In this document: positions 1 through 9,951 of the stretch, in pieces
How positions within the stretch are numbered: the stretch's first letter is position 1
Layout: each line of letters opens with the position of its first letter
Assembly (NCBI GenBank): GCA_964459975.1
Contig: CAYWOT010000001.1
Span: 1-31,674 of the forward strand
DNA length: 31,674 nucleotides
Origin: an uncultured bacterium
GTDB lineage: Bacteria > Desulfobacterota > Deferrimicrobia > Deferrimicrobiales > Deferrimicrobiaceae
Reading direction: 5' to 3'
The notes under the pieces: generated by a model
Seen by the model: the letters and a program-made list of their open reading frames with translations, nothing else
What the model was told of the DNA's origin: nothing
Database searches by the model: none
Position numbers and translations under genes: made by a program

Positions 1-1
1 G

Positions 2-1234
2 ATGCGGCCGGCGGTATCCTCCCCCGCGCACCGGACCGGATGGTTCGCCGAGCTGGTCTGCAGCAACTCCCTGGGAGGGGACCGGACGGACTCGGGAAAG
101 GGTCTGCTCAAGGCGGAGCTCCGGGCGCTGGGCTCCAATCTTCTCCGCGTGGCCGACCGGGTCCGGGTTCCGGCCGGCAAGGCGCTCGCCGTGGACCGGG
201 AGGCGTTCGGACGGCGCGTGACGGAGGCGGTGCGCGCGCGGCCGACCGTCCGCATCGTCGCCTCCGAGGCGGCGAGAATCCCGGAGGACCCGGTCGTGAT
301 CGTGGCTTGCGGGCCGATCCCGTCGGAATCGATGTCCGAGAGCATCGTCGATCTGGTCGGCGAGCGCAGCTTCTATTTCTACGACGCCATCTCACCGATC
401 GTGGACGCCGGGTCCCTGGACTTGAGCCGCGGCTTCTTCGGCGACCGGTACGGGGCGGGGTCGGGGGACTACCTGAACTTCCCGATGACGCGGCCCGAAT
501 ACGAGGCGTTCCTCGGTGCGCTGCTTTCGGCGAGAGTCGCCCCCGCGCATGCCTTCGAGGAGGAGCGGTACTTCGAGTCGTGCATGCCGATCGAGGTGCT
601 CGCGCGCCGTGGGCCGGAGACCCTGCTGTTCGGTCCCCTGCGTCCCGTGGGGCTTCGGGATCCGCGGACCGGAACCGTGCCTCACGCCGTGGTGCAGCTG
701 CGCCGCGAAAACGAGGCGGGAACGATGTTCAACCTGGTCGGATTCCAGACCCGCCTTGCACGCCCGGAGCAGGAACGGGTCCTTTCCCTCATTCCGGGGC
801 TGTCGCGCGCCGTATTCCTCCGGCACGGGTCGGTCCACCGCAACAGTTTCCTTGCGGCGCCCCGGCACCTGCACGCCACGATGGAGTTCCGCAAGCGGCG
901 GGGGCTGTTCTTCGCCGGGCAGATCACGGGAGTGGAGGGATACGTCGAGTCGATCGCGTCGGGGTTCGTCGCGGGGGTCTCCGCGGCCGCCCGTGCGTCC
1001 GGGTGCGAGCCCGCCGAATTTCCGGTCGAGTCGATGATCGGCGCGCTCATGAAGCAGATTACGACTCCCGGGCGAGGGGCGTTCCAGCCGATGAACGCCA
1101 ATTTCGGTCTCCTGCCCCTTCCCGCCGGCGGGAGAAAACGGGAGCGGAAGGCGCGCCAGGCGGAGCGGGCCCTCCGCGCCGTCGACGATTTTCGGAGATG
1201 GACCTTTTCCTTTGATCCCGTGTGTGTTACATAA
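2..1234 (+). CDS. trmFO: FADH2/methylenetetrahydrofolate-dependent tRNA m5U54 methyltransferase TrmFO (Gid); 5' end truncated by window edge
   Basis: Motifs (E)MRP..SPAH.T..FAELVCSNS, YFYDAISPIV, YFESCMPIE, GFQTRL, HRNSF, FAGQITGVEGYVES, FQPMNANFGL. The ATG at 2 is an internal Met because the N-terminal GxGxxG FAD motif lies upstream of the window. The gid-xerC-hslVU order is known in Firmicutes and deltaproteobacteria. Confidence 0.95.
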   Translation: MRPAVSSPAHRTGWFAELVCSNSLGGDRTDSGKGLLKAELRALGSNLLRVADRVRVPAGKALAVDREAFGRRVTEAVRARPTVRIVASEAARIPEDPVVIVACGPIPSESMSESIVDLVGERSFYFYDAISPIVDAGSLDLSRGFFGDRYGAGSGDYLNFPMTRPEYEAFLGALLSARVAPAHAFEEERYFESCMPIEVLARRGPETLLFGPLRPVGLRDPRTGTVPHAVVQLRRENEAGTMFNLVGFQTRLARPEQERVLSLIPGLSRAVFLRHGSVHRNSFLAAPRHLHATMEFRKRRGLFFAGQITGVEGYVESIASGFVAGVSAAARASGCEPAEFPVESMIGALMKQITTPGRGAFQPMNANFGLLPLPAGGRKRERKARQAERALRAVDDFRRWTFSFDPVCVT

Positions 1235-1252
1235 ATCTTTTCCACACGCGGG
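1217..1252. repeat. 10-bp inverted repeat (CCCGTGTGTG / CACACGCGGG, one G-T mismatch) around a 16-nt AT-rich core, spanning the trmFO stop and upstream of xerC
   Basis: Read directly: arms 1217-1226 and 1243-1252, loop TTACATAAATCTTTTC. Confidence 0.5.
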
Positions 1253-1273
1253 GCGAAGGGACGGGCAAGGGGA

Positions 1274-2248
1274 TTGGATTCCGCCATCGAGCAGTTCTCG
1301 CGGTTCCTTCTGTCTGAGAGGAATGCCTCGCGCGAAACGGTGAGGGCCTACCTCCGCGAGGTTACGGCCCTCCGCGCGTTTCTGTCGGGAGCAGGGGACG
1401 ACTCGTCGCCGCGCGCCGGCGGCCCGGGCTGGGAGACGGTGTCGGCCGCGGATCTGCGGCGGTATCTCGCCTTCCGCTTCCGCGGCACGAAGGGTTCGAC
1501 CGCGGCCAGGACGGCCTCGGCGCTGCGGACGTTCTTTTCGTTCCTGGTCACCGTGGGGCGGATCCCCGCAAACCCGGCGGCCGGCGTGGCGGGTCCCCGG
1601 CGCGCGATGCGCCTGCCGGAGTTCCTCCCGGTGGACGAGATGATGGATCTGCTGCGCTCCCTGCCCGCGGAAGGGGAAGCCGGAAAGCGGGAGGCCGCCA
1701 TCCTCGAGCTGCTCTATTCGTCCGGCCTGCGGGTGGGCGAGCTCGTTGCGTTGCGAAGGGGCGACGTGTCGCTCGAAGAGGGGACGGTTCGGGTCCTCGG
1801 CAAGGGACGGAAGGTCCGCGTGGTCCCGGTGGGGGAAAAAGCGCGGGGGGCCCTCTCTGCGTACCTCGCCGAGAGGCGGACGCCGGACGGGGCGGATCCG
1901 GGGGACGACCGCCGGGGGGCGCTGTTCCACAACCTCCGCGGCGGGGCTCTCTCGGCCCGGAGCGTGGCGCGCATCGTCGACCGGGCGGTAGCGCGGGCAG
2001 GGCTGTGGCGGCACCTGTCGCCCCACGGCATCCGGCATTCGTTCGCCACGCATCTGCTCGAGTCGGGCGCCGACCTGCGAGCGATCCAGGAGATGCTCGG
2101 GCACGCGTCCCTGTCGACGACCCAGCGGTATGCGCGCGTGAACGTCAGCCACCTCGTGCGCGCGTACGAGTCGGCGCACCCCCGTGCATCCGGGGCACAG
2201 GGCCGCCGCGGACGGGGGCGCGCTGGGGCGAAAGGAGCGGACCGGTGA
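1274..2248 (+). CDS. xerC: Tyrosine recombinase XerC (chromosome dimer resolution family)
   Basis: TTG start after AAGGGGA. N-terminal SAM-like domain ([15 protein letters not shown]). Catalytic residues in GLRVGEL (R), GKGRK (K), HGIRH (HxxR), LGH and TTQRY (Y). Housekeeping context between trmFO and hslV. Confidence 0.9.
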   Translation: MDSAIEQFSRFLLSERNASRETVRAYLREVTALRAFLSGAGDDSSPRAGGPGWETVSAADLRRYLAFRFRGTKGSTAARTASALRTFFSFLVTVGRIPANPAAGVAGPRRAMRLPEFLPVDEMMDLLRSLPAEGEAGKREAAILELLYSSGLRVGELVALRRGDVSLEEGTVRVLGKGRKVRVVPVGEKARGALSAYLAERRTPDGADPGDDRRGALFHNLRGGALSARSVARIVDRAVARAGLWRHLSPHGIRHSFATHLLESGADLRAIQEMLGHASLSTTQRYARVNVSHLVRAYESAHPRASGAQGRRGRGRAGAKGADR

Positions 2249-2787
2249 CGGAGACGCGGGGGACGACGATCGTCGCGGTGTCCCGCGGCGGCCGGGTGGC
2301 GATGGCGGGAGACGGACAGGTGACTCTCGGGAACACCGTGCTCAAACATACCGCCCGCAAGATCCGGCGTCTCCACCACGACCGCGTCGTGGCGGGGTTC
2401 GCGGGTGCGACCGCCGATGCCATGACGCTCTTCGAGAAGTTCGAGGCCAAGCTCGTGGAGTTCCGGGGAAACCTGCGGCGCTCCGCGGTCGAGCTCGCCA
2501 AGGACTGGAGGACGGACCGGGTGCTCCGACGCCTGGACGCCCTCATGGTGGTGACCGACGGCAGCGGGCTCATGCTCCTGACCGGCAGCGGCGACGTGGT
2601 CGAGCCCGACGACGGCGTGATCGCGGTGGGGTCCGGCGGCCCGTACGCCATGGCGGCGGCCCGGGCGATGCTGCTCCATACGGACAAGTCCGCCGTGGAG
2701 ATCGTCGGCGAGGCGCTTCGGATCGCCTCGGAGATCTGCATCTATACGAACAACAATGTCGTGACCGAGGAGGTTGCCGCGCCGTGA
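2245..2787 (+). CDS. hslV: ATP-dependent protease peptidase subunit HslV (ClpQ)
   Basis: GTG start overlaps the xerC TGA (GTGA), RBS AAAGGAG. Short propeptide, then TTIVAV nucleophile Thr; [28 protein letters not shown]. Confidence 0.97.
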   Translation: MTETRGTTIVAVSRGGRVAMAGDGQVTLGNTVLKHTARKIRRLHHDRVVAGFAGATADAMTLFEKFEAKLVEFRGNLRRSAVELAKDWRTDRVLRRLDALMVVTDGSGLMLLTGSGDVVEPDDGVIAVGSGGPYAMAAARAMLLHTDKSAVEIVGEALRIASEICIYTNNNVVTEEVAAP

Positions 2788-4160
2788 ACGCCAGGGAACC
2801 GGACCGACCGGCCGCCAGTCCGATGCTTCCGCGCGAGATCGTCGCGGAGCTGGACCGGTTCATCGTGGGCCAGCAGAAGGCGAAGCGCGCCGTGGCGATC
2901 GCGCTCCGGAACCGGTGGAGGCGCATGCAGGTCCCGGAGGAGATCCGGGAGGAGATCGTTCCGAAGAACATCATCATGGTCGGGCCGACCGGCGTGGGAA
3001 AGACCGAGATCGCGCGCCGCCTCGCGCGCCTGGCCCACGCGCCGTTCGTCAAGGTGGAGGCGTCGAAGTTCACGGAGGTGGGGTACGTCGGCCGGGACGT
3101 GGAGTCGATCATCCGCGACCTGGCCGAGATCGCGGTCCACATGGTCCGCATGGAGGAGATGGAGAAGGTCGCGGAGCGGGCGAAGGCCAGCGCCGAGGAG
3201 CGCCTCCTCGACGTCCTGCTTCCTCCGCGCCCGCAGCCGCTCAAGGAGCCGGGGGGCGAGTCCGCCGAGCCGGGGCGGGAGTCGCGGGATCGGATGCGCG
3301 CGATGCTCCAGGAAGGCAAGCTCGCCGACCGTACGGTGGAGATCGAGGTCCGCGAAAGCAGCGTTCCGGCGATCGATTTGATCGGAGTGACCGGGGGGGG
3401 AGGCGAGGGAATCGAGGGAAACATCCAGGAGATGCTCGGGAACCTCCTCCCCAAGAAGATCCGGCGCAAGCGGATGCGCGTGCCGGAGGCGCTGGCCTTT
3501 CTCGAAAAGGAGGAGGCCTCGCGCATGGTCGACATGGACCAGGTGAAGGCGCTGGCCGTGCGGCGCACCGAGGAGAGCGGGATCGTGTTCCTGGACGAGA
3601 TCGACAAGATCGCCGGCCGCGAGGCGGCCACCGGGCCGGACGTGTCCCGCCAGGGAGTCCAGCGCGATCTGCTGCCTATCGTGGAAGGGTCCAACGTCAA
3701 CACGAAGTACGGAATGGTGCGGACGGACCACATCCTGTTCATCGCCGCCGGTGCGTTCCACACGGCGAAGCCGTCGGACCTCATCCCCGAGATGCAGGGA
3801 CGGTTCCCCATCCGGGTGGAGCTCGAGCCGCTGACGAAGGCGGACTTCGTGCGCATCCTGACCGAGCCGCACGGCTCGCTCACCCGCCAGTACACGGAGA
3901 TGCTCGCCGCGGAAGGGGTCCGGCTGTCCTTCGCGCCCGAGGCGGTGGAGCGGATCGCCGCGATGGCCTGCGACGTGAACGACCGCACGGAGAACATCGG
4001 CGCGCGCCGTCTGCACACGATCATGGAGAGGCTCCTGGAGGATCTGCTGTTCTCGGCCCCGGAGATCTCCGGGCAGGAGATCGTGATCCCGCCGGCGTAC
4101 GTGGACGAGAAGCTCGCCGGCATCGTGCGGGACGTGGACGTCAGCCGGTACATCCTCTGA
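2784..4160 (+). CDS. hslU: ATP-dependent protease ATPase subunit HslU (ClpY)
   Basis: GTG start overlaps the hslV stop, RBS GAGGAGG (alternative ATG at 2823). PREIVAELD, Walker [13 protein letters not shown] pore loop, Walker [19 protein letters not shown]-terminal RYIL. Confidence 0.97.
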   Translation: MNAREPDRPAASPMLPREIVAELDRFIVGQQKAKRAVAIALRNRWRRMQVPEEIREEIVPKNIIMVGPTGVGKTEIARRLARLAHAPFVKVEASKFTEVGYVGRDVESIIRDLAEIAVHMVRMEEMEKVAERAKASAEERLLDVLLPPRPQPLKEPGGESAEPGRESRDRMRAMLQEGKLADRTVEIEVRESSVPAIDLIGVTGGGGEGIEGNIQEMLGNLLPKKIRRKRMRVPEALAFLEKEEASRMVDMDQVKALAVRRTEESGIVFLDEIDKIAGREAATGPDVSRQGVQRDLLPIVEGSNVNTKYGMVRTDHILFIAAGAFHTAKPSDLIPEMQGRFPIRVELEPLTKADFVRILTEPHGSLTRQYTEMLAAEGVRLSFAPEAVERIAAMACDVNDRTENIGARRLHTIMERLLEDLLFSAPEISGQEIVIPPAYVDEKLAGIVRDVDVSRYIL

Positions 4161-4172
4161 CGGACGGAATCC

Positions 4173-5081
4173 ATGGGAGACATGCGGGGATACCTCGAGA
4201 AGGCCCGGACGCTCGTCGAGGCGCTGCCGTACATTCGGGAGTTCAGCGGCAAGACGATCGTCGTCAAGTACGGGGGCGCGGCGATGGCGGGCGAGGACCG
4301 GATGTCCGCGTTCGCGGACGACATCGTTCTGCTCCAGTACGTGGGAATCCGGCCGGTCGTCGTCCACGGCGGCGGACCCCAGATCGATCGCATGCTGGAG
4401 AAGCTGTCGATTCCCTCGCGCCGGAACGAGGGGTTGCGGGTGACCTCCCCGGAAGCGATGGAGGTCGTGGAGATGGTGCTCGGCGGGACCGTCAACAAGC
4501 GGATCGTCGCCCTGATCCAACTCCACGGCGGCCGGGCGGTGGGGCTGACGGGCAAGGACGGGAACCTCATCCGTGCGCGCAAGTACCTGGCGCCCTCCCC
4601 GGCGGGAGGCGCGTCCGCCCCCCTGGACCTGGGGCTCGTGGGCGAGGTCGTCGAGGTCCGCGCGGACGTGCTGCGCGTGCTGGAAGCGAGCGGATTCGTC
4701 CCGGTCATCGCGCCGATCGGAGTGGGAACCGGAGGCGAGGCGTACAACATCAACGGGGACACCGTAGCCGCCGAGGTGGCGGGAGCGCTCCGCGCCGAGA
4801 AACTGATCCTGTTGACCGACGTCGCCGGCGTGATGGACCGCGGGGGAGCGCTGGTCTCCACCATGAGCGCCGCCGAAACGGCGGACGCCGTCCAGAGCGG
4901 GTCGATCTCCGGCGGCATGATTCCCAAGGCGGAATGCGGGCTGACGGCGCTTCGGAAGGGCGTCCGGAAGGTGCACATTCTCGACGGCCGGGTTCCTCAC
5001 AGCGTCCTGCTCGAGATCTTCACCGACGCCGGAATCGGAACGGAGATCACGGCGGGGGACGAGGAGGACCGGCCGGCATGA
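4173..5081 (+). CDS. argB: Acetylglutamate kinase
   Basis: N-helix LVEALPYI typical of arginine-inhibited hexameric NAGKs; VVKYGG, VVHGGGPQI, GLRVT, YNINGD, LTDV, GGMIPK. Confidence 0.96.
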   Translation: MGDMRGYLEKARTLVEALPYIREFSGKTIVVKYGGAAMAGEDRMSAFADDIVLLQYVGIRPVVVHGGGPQIDRMLEKLSIPSRRNEGLRVTSPEAMEVVEMVLGGTVNKRIVALIQLHGGRAVGLTGKDGNLIRARKYLAPSPAGGASAPLDLGLVGEVVEVRADVLRVLEASGFVPVIAPIGVGTGGEAYNINGDTVAAEVAGALRAEKLILLTDVAGVMDRGGALVSTMSAAETADAVQSGSISGGMIPKAECGLTALRKGVRKVHILDGRVPHSVLLEIFTDAGIGTEITAGDEEDRPA

Positions 5082-6277
5082 CGTCCGCGGAGATCGCGGC
5101 CATGACGCAGAAGTACCAGATCGGGAACTACGCGCGCCTTCCGGTGGCGTTCGTCCGGGGGGAGGGGGCGCGCCTGTTCGACGCCGAGGGCAGGGAGTAC
5201 ATCGATTTCCTGGGCGGGATCGCGGTCGTTCTCCTGGGCCATGCCCACCCCGACGTCTCGCGGGCGGTGTCGCTCCAGGCCAAGAACCTGGTGCACGTCT
5301 CGAACCTCTTCCACGTGCCGGTCCAGGCGGAAGCGGCGAAGCTGCTCTCCGACTCCACGACCGGCGGAAAGGTCTTCTTCTGCAACAGCGGCACCGAGGC
5401 GAACGAAGCGGCGATCAAGCTGGCCCGGAAGTGGTCCGCCGACCGGGGCCGGGGAGGGGCGCACGAGATCGTCGTGGCGGAAGGGTCGTTCCACGGGCGC
5501 ACCTACGGCGGGCTGTCGGCTTCGGCCCAGCCGAAGCTCCACCGGGGCTTCGAGCCGCTGCTCCCCGGGTTCCGCACGGTGCCCTTCGGAGATGCGGCGG
5601 CGCTCGAGAAGTCGCTGACGGATGCGACGTGCGCCTTTCTGGTGGAGCCGATCCAGGGGGAGAGCGGGGTGCGACTCCCTCCCCCCGGCTACCTGGAGGA
5701 GGCGCAGCGTCTCTGCAGGGCGCGGGGAATTCTCCTGCTCGTGGACGAGATCCAGACGGGGCTCGGCCGCACCGGCTCGATTCTGGCCGGAGAGCGTTTC
5801 GGGATCCGCCCGGACGTCGTCACGCTGGCCAAGGGGCTGGCCAACGGGCTGCCGCTGGGCGCCGTGGTGGCGGACCCGGACGTGGCGAGCTCCTTCGTTC
5901 CGGGAAGCCACGGGAGCACGTTCGGAGGGAACCCGGTCTGCTGCGCCGCGTCCCGCGTGGTCCTGGAGGCGCTGCGGGCGCCCGGATTCCTCGACGAGGT
6001 CCGCCGCAAGGGCGACCTCTTCGCGGAAGGTCTGCGGGCGCTGGCCGGCGCCCGCAGGGACGTGCGCGAAGTCCGCGGGATGGGACTGATGCTCGCGATG
6101 GAGATGGACGCCGAAACGAAGCCGGTCGTCGCGCAGTGCCTGAAGAAGGGGCTCGTCGTCAACAGTACGGCGGAAAACGTCCTGCGCTTTCTGCCGCCGC
6201 TGGTCATCACCGAGGGGGAGATCCAGCGGGGGCTTTCGATTCTTGCCGAGGCTCTGCCCGAGGGGGGGCGGCGTTGA
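5078..6277 (+). CDS. argD: Acetylornithine aminotransferase (class III PLP)
   Basis: ATG overlaps the argB stop (ATGA). YIDFLGGIAV, FCNSGTEANE, SFHGRT, EPIQGE, DEIQTG, TLAKGL (PLP Lys), HGSTFGGNP. Confidence 0.95.
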   Translation: MTSAEIAAMTQKYQIGNYARLPVAFVRGEGARLFDAEGREYIDFLGGIAVVLLGHAHPDVSRAVSLQAKNLVHVSNLFHVPVQAEAAKLLSDSTTGGKVFFCNSGTEANEAAIKLARKWSADRGRGGAHEIVVAEGSFHGRTYGGLSASAQPKLHRGFEPLLPGFRTVPFGDAAALEKSLTDATCAFLVEPIQGESGVRLPPPGYLEEAQRLCRARGILLLVDEIQTGLGRTGSILAGERFGIRPDVVTLAKGLANGLPLGAVVADPDVASSFVPGSHGSTFGGNPVCCAASRVVLEALRAPGFLDEVRRKGDLFAEGLRALAGARRDVREVRGMGLMLAMEMDAETKPVVAQCLKKGLVVNSTAENVLRFLPPLVITEGEIQRGLSILAEALPEGGRR

Positions 6278-7209
6278 CGAAGGACCTCCTCCGGGTTCTC
6301 GATCTCAGTGCGCGGGAGGTCCATGGACTGATCGCATCGGGCCGCGCATGGAAGCGCCGGAAGGGACGGCCCGGGGCGCCGCGCCCGCTTGCGGGTAAGT
6401 CGCTGGCGATGGTGTTCCAGAAGGCGTCCACGAGAACCCGGGTGTCGTTCGAGGTCGGGATGACGCGCCTGGGGGGACACGCGCTGTTCCTCGCCCCCGC
6501 CGACACCCAGATCGGGCGCGGGGAGCCGATTCGGGACACCGCGCGGGTCCTGTCCCGGTACGTCGACGGGATCATGATCCGGACGTTTTCGCACGCCGTC
6601 GCCGAAGAGATGGCCCGCACTTCGTCCGTTCCCGTGATCAACGGTCTCACGGACGAGCATCATCCCTGCCAGGTGCTCTCCGACCTGATGACCGCCCAGG
6701 AGCGGGGGCTCGATCTTCGCACGATGAAGGTGGCCTACGTGGGCGACGGGAACAACGTGGCGAACTCGTGGATCGAGTCGGCCCATCTCCTCGGATTCAC
6801 GCTGCGCATCGCCTGCCCGAAGGGATATGAGCCGTCGGCCGCGGTCCGTCGCGAAGCGGCGGCCCTCGGGAGGGGCGACACGCGGGTGGTCCGGGATCCG
6901 GCCGAGGCGGCCCGGGGCGCGAACCTCCTGTATACGGACGTGTGGACGAGCATGGGGCAGGAGGGGGAGCGCCGAAGGCGGCTCGCGGCGTTCCGCGGAT
7001 ATCGGATCGACGCCGGTCTGCTCCGGGCGGCCGCGAGGGGCGCGCTCGTGATGCATTGCCTTCCGGCCCACCGCGGCGAGGAGATCACCGACGACGTCAT
7101 CGAGGGGCCCCAGTCCGCCGTTTTCGACGAGGCGGAGAACCGGCTTCACCTGCAGATGGCCGTCCTGGAGAAATTCATCCCCCGGGGACCGGGAAGGAGG
7201 ATTTCGTGA
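6274..7209 (+). CDS. argF: Ornithine carbamoyltransferase
   Basis: TTG start overlaps the argD stop (TTGA). [47 protein letters not shown]. Confidence 0.96.
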   Translation: MTKDLLRVLDLSAREVHGLIASGRAWKRRKGRPGAPRPLAGKSLAMVFQKASTRTRVSFEVGMTRLGGHALFLAPADTQIGRGEPIRDTARVLSRYVDGIMIRTFSHAVAEEMARTSSVPVINGLTDEHHPCQVLSDLMTAQERGLDLRTMKVAYVGDGNNVANSWIESAHLLGFTLRIACPKGYEPSAAVRREAAALGRGDTRVVRDPAEAARGANLLYTDVWTSMGQEGERRRRLAAFRGYRIDAGLLRAAARGALVMHCLPAHRGEEITDDVIEGPQSAVFDEAENRLHLQMAVLEKFIPRGPGRRIS

Positions 7210-8420
7210 AACATCCGAAGCTGAACAAGGTCGTGCTGGCCTATTCCGGCGGTCTCGACACGTCGGTCATCCTCCGGTGGCTGATCGAGACGTACGGGGC
7301 CGAGGTGATCGCGTTCGTGGCCGACCTGGGCCAGGGCGAGGAACTCGCGCCCGTCCGGGCGAAGGCGAAAAAGACCGGGGCCGCGAAGGTCTACGTCGAA
7401 AACGTCCAGGACGAGTTCGTCCGGGACTTTGTCTTCCCGGCCCTCATGGCGAACGCCGTGTACGAGGGCGCGTACCTCCTGGGGACGTCCATCGCCAGGC
7501 CTCTCATCGCGAAAAAGCAGATCGAGGTGGCGCGTCGGGAAAAGGCGGAGGCCGTGTCCCACGGCGCCACCGGAAAAGGGAACGACCAGGTGCGGTTCGA
7601 GCTGTCCTATTACGCGTTGATGCCGGGGATCCGCGTCATCGCCCCGTGGAGGGAATGGGACTTCCGATCGCGCACCGACCTGGTCGCCTACGCGAGGAAG
7701 CACGGGATCCCGACCCCGGTCACGGCCCGGAAGCCGTACTCGAGCGACCGCAACCTCATGCACATCAGCTTCGAAGGCGGCATCCTCGAGGATCCGTCCG
7801 CGGAGCCGCCCGAGGACATGTTCGTTCTGACCCGTTCTCCGGAGAGGGCTCCCGACCGGGCGCGGTACGTGGAGGTGGAGTTCGCGCGCGGCGTGCCCGT
7901 GGCGGTGGACGGGAAGGCGATGCGCCCGGCGAAACTCCTCGCGCACCTCAACGGGCTGGGCGGGGTCCACGGGATCGGCCGGGTGGACTTGGTCGAGAAC
8001 CGCTACGTGGGGATCAAGTCGCGGGGCGTGTACGAGACCCCGGGCGTCACGATTCTCCACGCCGCGCACCGGGCCGTCGAGTCGATCACGCTCGACCGGG
8101 AGGTGATGCACCTCCGGGATTCCCTGATGCCGAGATTCGCCGAGCTGATCTATTACGGGTACTGGTACTCCCCGGAGATGGACCTGCTCCGAGCGACGGT
8201 CGCCGGGACCCAGGAGAACGTCGCGGGAGTCGCCCGCCTCAAGCTCTACAAGGGGAACTGCACCGTGGTGGGGAGGGGTAGCCCCGTGTCGCTCTACCGG
8301 CCCGACTTCGCAACCTTCGAGCAGGAGACCGTGTTCGACCAGCGGGACGCGGAAGGCTTCATCAAGATCAACGCGCTCCGGCTCAAGATCCGCGCGATGC
8401 GCGGGAAAGGGAAGCGATAA
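7206..8420 (+). CDS. argG: Argininosuccinate synthase
   Basis: GTG overlaps the argF stop. [53 protein letters not shown]. Confidence 0.97.
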   Translation: MKHPKLNKVVLAYSGGLDTSVILRWLIETYGAEVIAFVADLGQGEELAPVRAKAKKTGAAKVYVENVQDEFVRDFVFPALMANAVYEGAYLLGTSIARPLIAKKQIEVARREKAEAVSHGATGKGNDQVRFELSYYALMPGIRVIAPWREWDFRSRTDLVAYARKHGIPTPVTARKPYSSDRNLMHISFEGGILEDPSAEPPEDMFVLTRSPERAPDRARYVEVEFARGVPVAVDGKAMRPAKLLAHLNGLGGVHGIGRVDLVENRYVGIKSRGVYETPGVTILHAAHRAVESITLDREVMHLRDSLMPRFAELIYYGYWYSPEMDLLRATVAGTQENVAGVARLKLYKGNCTVVGRGSPVSLYRPDFATFEQETVFDQRDAEGFIKINALRLKIRAMRGKGKR

Positions 8421-8424
8421 GACG

Positions 8425-9801
8425 ATGGCGAAGACGAGAAAGCCTTGGGGGGGGCGGTTCGACGACCGGATGGACGCCTTCGTCGAGGAGTTCATGGCGT
8501 CGATTCCGTTCGATGTTCTCCTGTACCGCCAGGATATCGAAGGAAGCATCGCGCACGCGCGGATGCTCGGGAAACAGAGGATCATCCCGAAAGGGGAGGC
8601 GGACCGCATCGTCTCCACGCTGAAGGTCATCCGCGAGGAGATCGAGGCCGGGAAGATCTCCTTCGACCTTTCCCAGGAAGACATCCATATGGCGGTGGAG
8701 CAGTCGCTGACCCGCAAGCTGGGAAAGGTCGGGGGCAAACTCCACACCGCGAGAAGCCGAAACGACCAGGTCGCGCTGGACTTGAGGCTCTATCTGCGGG
8801 AAACGATCGACGCCGTCGTGCTCCTCCTGGGCAAGAGCAAGGAAGCCCTTCTCTCGCGGGCGGAGGAGTTCTTCGGCGTCGTGATGCCCGGGTACACGCA
8901 CGTGCAGCGGGCCCAGCCGGTCCTGCTCTCGCACCATCTGCTCGCCTACCACGAGATGTTCTCGAGGGACCAGGACCGCTTCCGGGAGGCCCGCCGGAGA
9001 GCGAACGTCTCTCCGCTCGGCGCGGGCGCGCTCGCGGGGACCTCGTTTCCGGTGGACCGCGACGCCGTCGCGCGGGAGCTCGGCTTCGAGGGGTTGTGCG
9101 AGAACAGCATCGACGCCGTCTCCGACCGGGATTTCGCCGTGGACTTCCTGTACGCCTGCGCGGTGACGATGATGCACCTGTCGCGACTTTCCGAGGAAAT
9201 GGTCTACTGGTCGTCCGCCGAATTCGGATTTGTCTCCCTGCCCGATGCCCTTTGCACCGGCAGCAGCATCATGCCGCAGAAGAAGAATCCCGACCTCCCC
9301 GAGCTGATCCGGGGAAAGGCGGGCCGGGCCTACGGGAACCTCGTGAACCTGCTCACCGTCATGAAGGGGCTTCCGCTCGCCTACAACCGCGACATGCAGG
9401 AGGACAAGGAGGCGGTGTTCGACTCGGCGAGGACCGTGAAGCAGTCCCTCATCGGGGCGGCCCTCCTGCTCCGCGGGATGTCGGCGAACGAGGAAACGAT
9501 GAGGGCGGCGTGCGACGACGGTTTCCTCACGGCCACGGACCTGGCCGACTACCTGGCGCGGAAAGGGGTCCCGTTCCGGGAGGCGCACGAGATCACCGGA
9601 CGGATCGTCCGGCACTGCGAGAAGAACGGGAAGCGGCTCAAGGATTTAAGTCTCGCGGAGTTCCGTTCGTTCTCGCGCCGGATCGAGGAGGACGTGCGTG
9701 ACTTCGTCTCCCTCACCAACGCGGTCCGGTCGAGGAACGTCCGCGGTGGAACCGCGCCGCGGAGGGTCAAGAGCCGCATGGAGGCGCTGAAGAGGTCATG
9801 A
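8425..9801 (+). CDS. argH: Argininosuccinate lyase
   Basis: WGGRF, EDIHMAVE, HTARSRNDQ, MPGYTH, signature GSSIMPQKKNPD, YNRDMQEDK, PFREAH. Confidence 0.97.
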   Translation: MAKTRKPWGGRFDDRMDAFVEEFMASIPFDVLLYRQDIEGSIAHARMLGKQRIIPKGEADRIVSTLKVIREEIEAGKISFDLSQEDIHMAVEQSLTRKLGKVGGKLHTARSRNDQVALDLRLYLRETIDAVVLLLGKSKEALLSRAEEFFGVVMPGYTHVQRAQPVLLSHHLLAYHEMFSRDQDRFREARRRANVSPLGAGALAGTSFPVDRDAVARELGFEGLCENSIDAVSDRDFAVDFLYACAVTMMHLSRLSEEMVYWSSAEFGFVSLPDALCTGSSIMPQKKNPDLPELIRGKAGRAYGNLVNLLTVMKGLPLAYNRDMQEDKEAVFDSARTVKQSLIGAALLLRGMSANEETMRAACDDGFLTATDLADYLARKGVPFREAHEITGRIVRHCEKNGKRLKDLSLAEFRSFSRRIEEDVRDFVSLTNAVRSRNVRGGTAPRRVKSRMEALKRS

Positions 9802-9947
9802 CCCTCCTCCGCGGAAGGCGCGTCGTCCGCGTCGCGCTCGCCCTGGTCGTCGCCGTCTCGTGCCTGTTCCCCGCTTGCGGGCGCAAGGCCAAGCCGCAGC
9901 CGCTCTGGGGAGCGGCGGCCGCCGCGCTTCCGCCCGGAGCGAAGTGA
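9798..9947 (+). CDS. 49-aa predicted lipoprotein, LptM(YifL)/LppL-like ([49 protein letters not shown]); absent from ORF track
   Basis: ATG overlaps the argH stop (ATGA) with AGAGG RBS; the stop ends 4 nt before the lysA ATG. Basic n-region, hydrophobic h-region, lipobox-like FPA-C27 followed by G-R-K-x-x-P. GC3-rich codons. Position immediately before lysA-dapF matches lppL/yifL synteny. Confidence 0.75.
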   Translation: MTLLRGRRVVRVALALVVAVSCLFPACGRKAKPQPLWGAAAAALPPGAK

Positions 9948-9951
9948 GCCG

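Noticed and set aside
1222-1250. dif-like site (…CATAA half resembles the XerC arm)
   Set aside because: After a 6-bp spacer there is no TTATGTTAAAT-like XerD arm.
1200-2245. CIRCE or sigma32 heat-shock elements for hslVU
   Set aside because: No TTAGCACTC-N9-GAGTGCTAA, and no correctly spaced CTTGAA/CCCCAT pair found by eye.
1274-2248. Tyrosine recombinase as a sign of an integrated mobile element
   Set aside because: The trmFO-xerC-hslVU context is a known housekeeping arrangement. No att repeats, tRNA or cargo, and no obvious compositional shift.
2774-6277. Apparent 1167-aa protein and other over-long ORFs (2005-2787, 2184-4160, 5431-7209, 12290-13867, 14913-16346, 26334-27938)
   Set aside because: Each is a real gene with an off-frame shadow of the upstream gene attached. 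True starts are set by RBS, stop/start overlap and family N-termini. These are not fusions.
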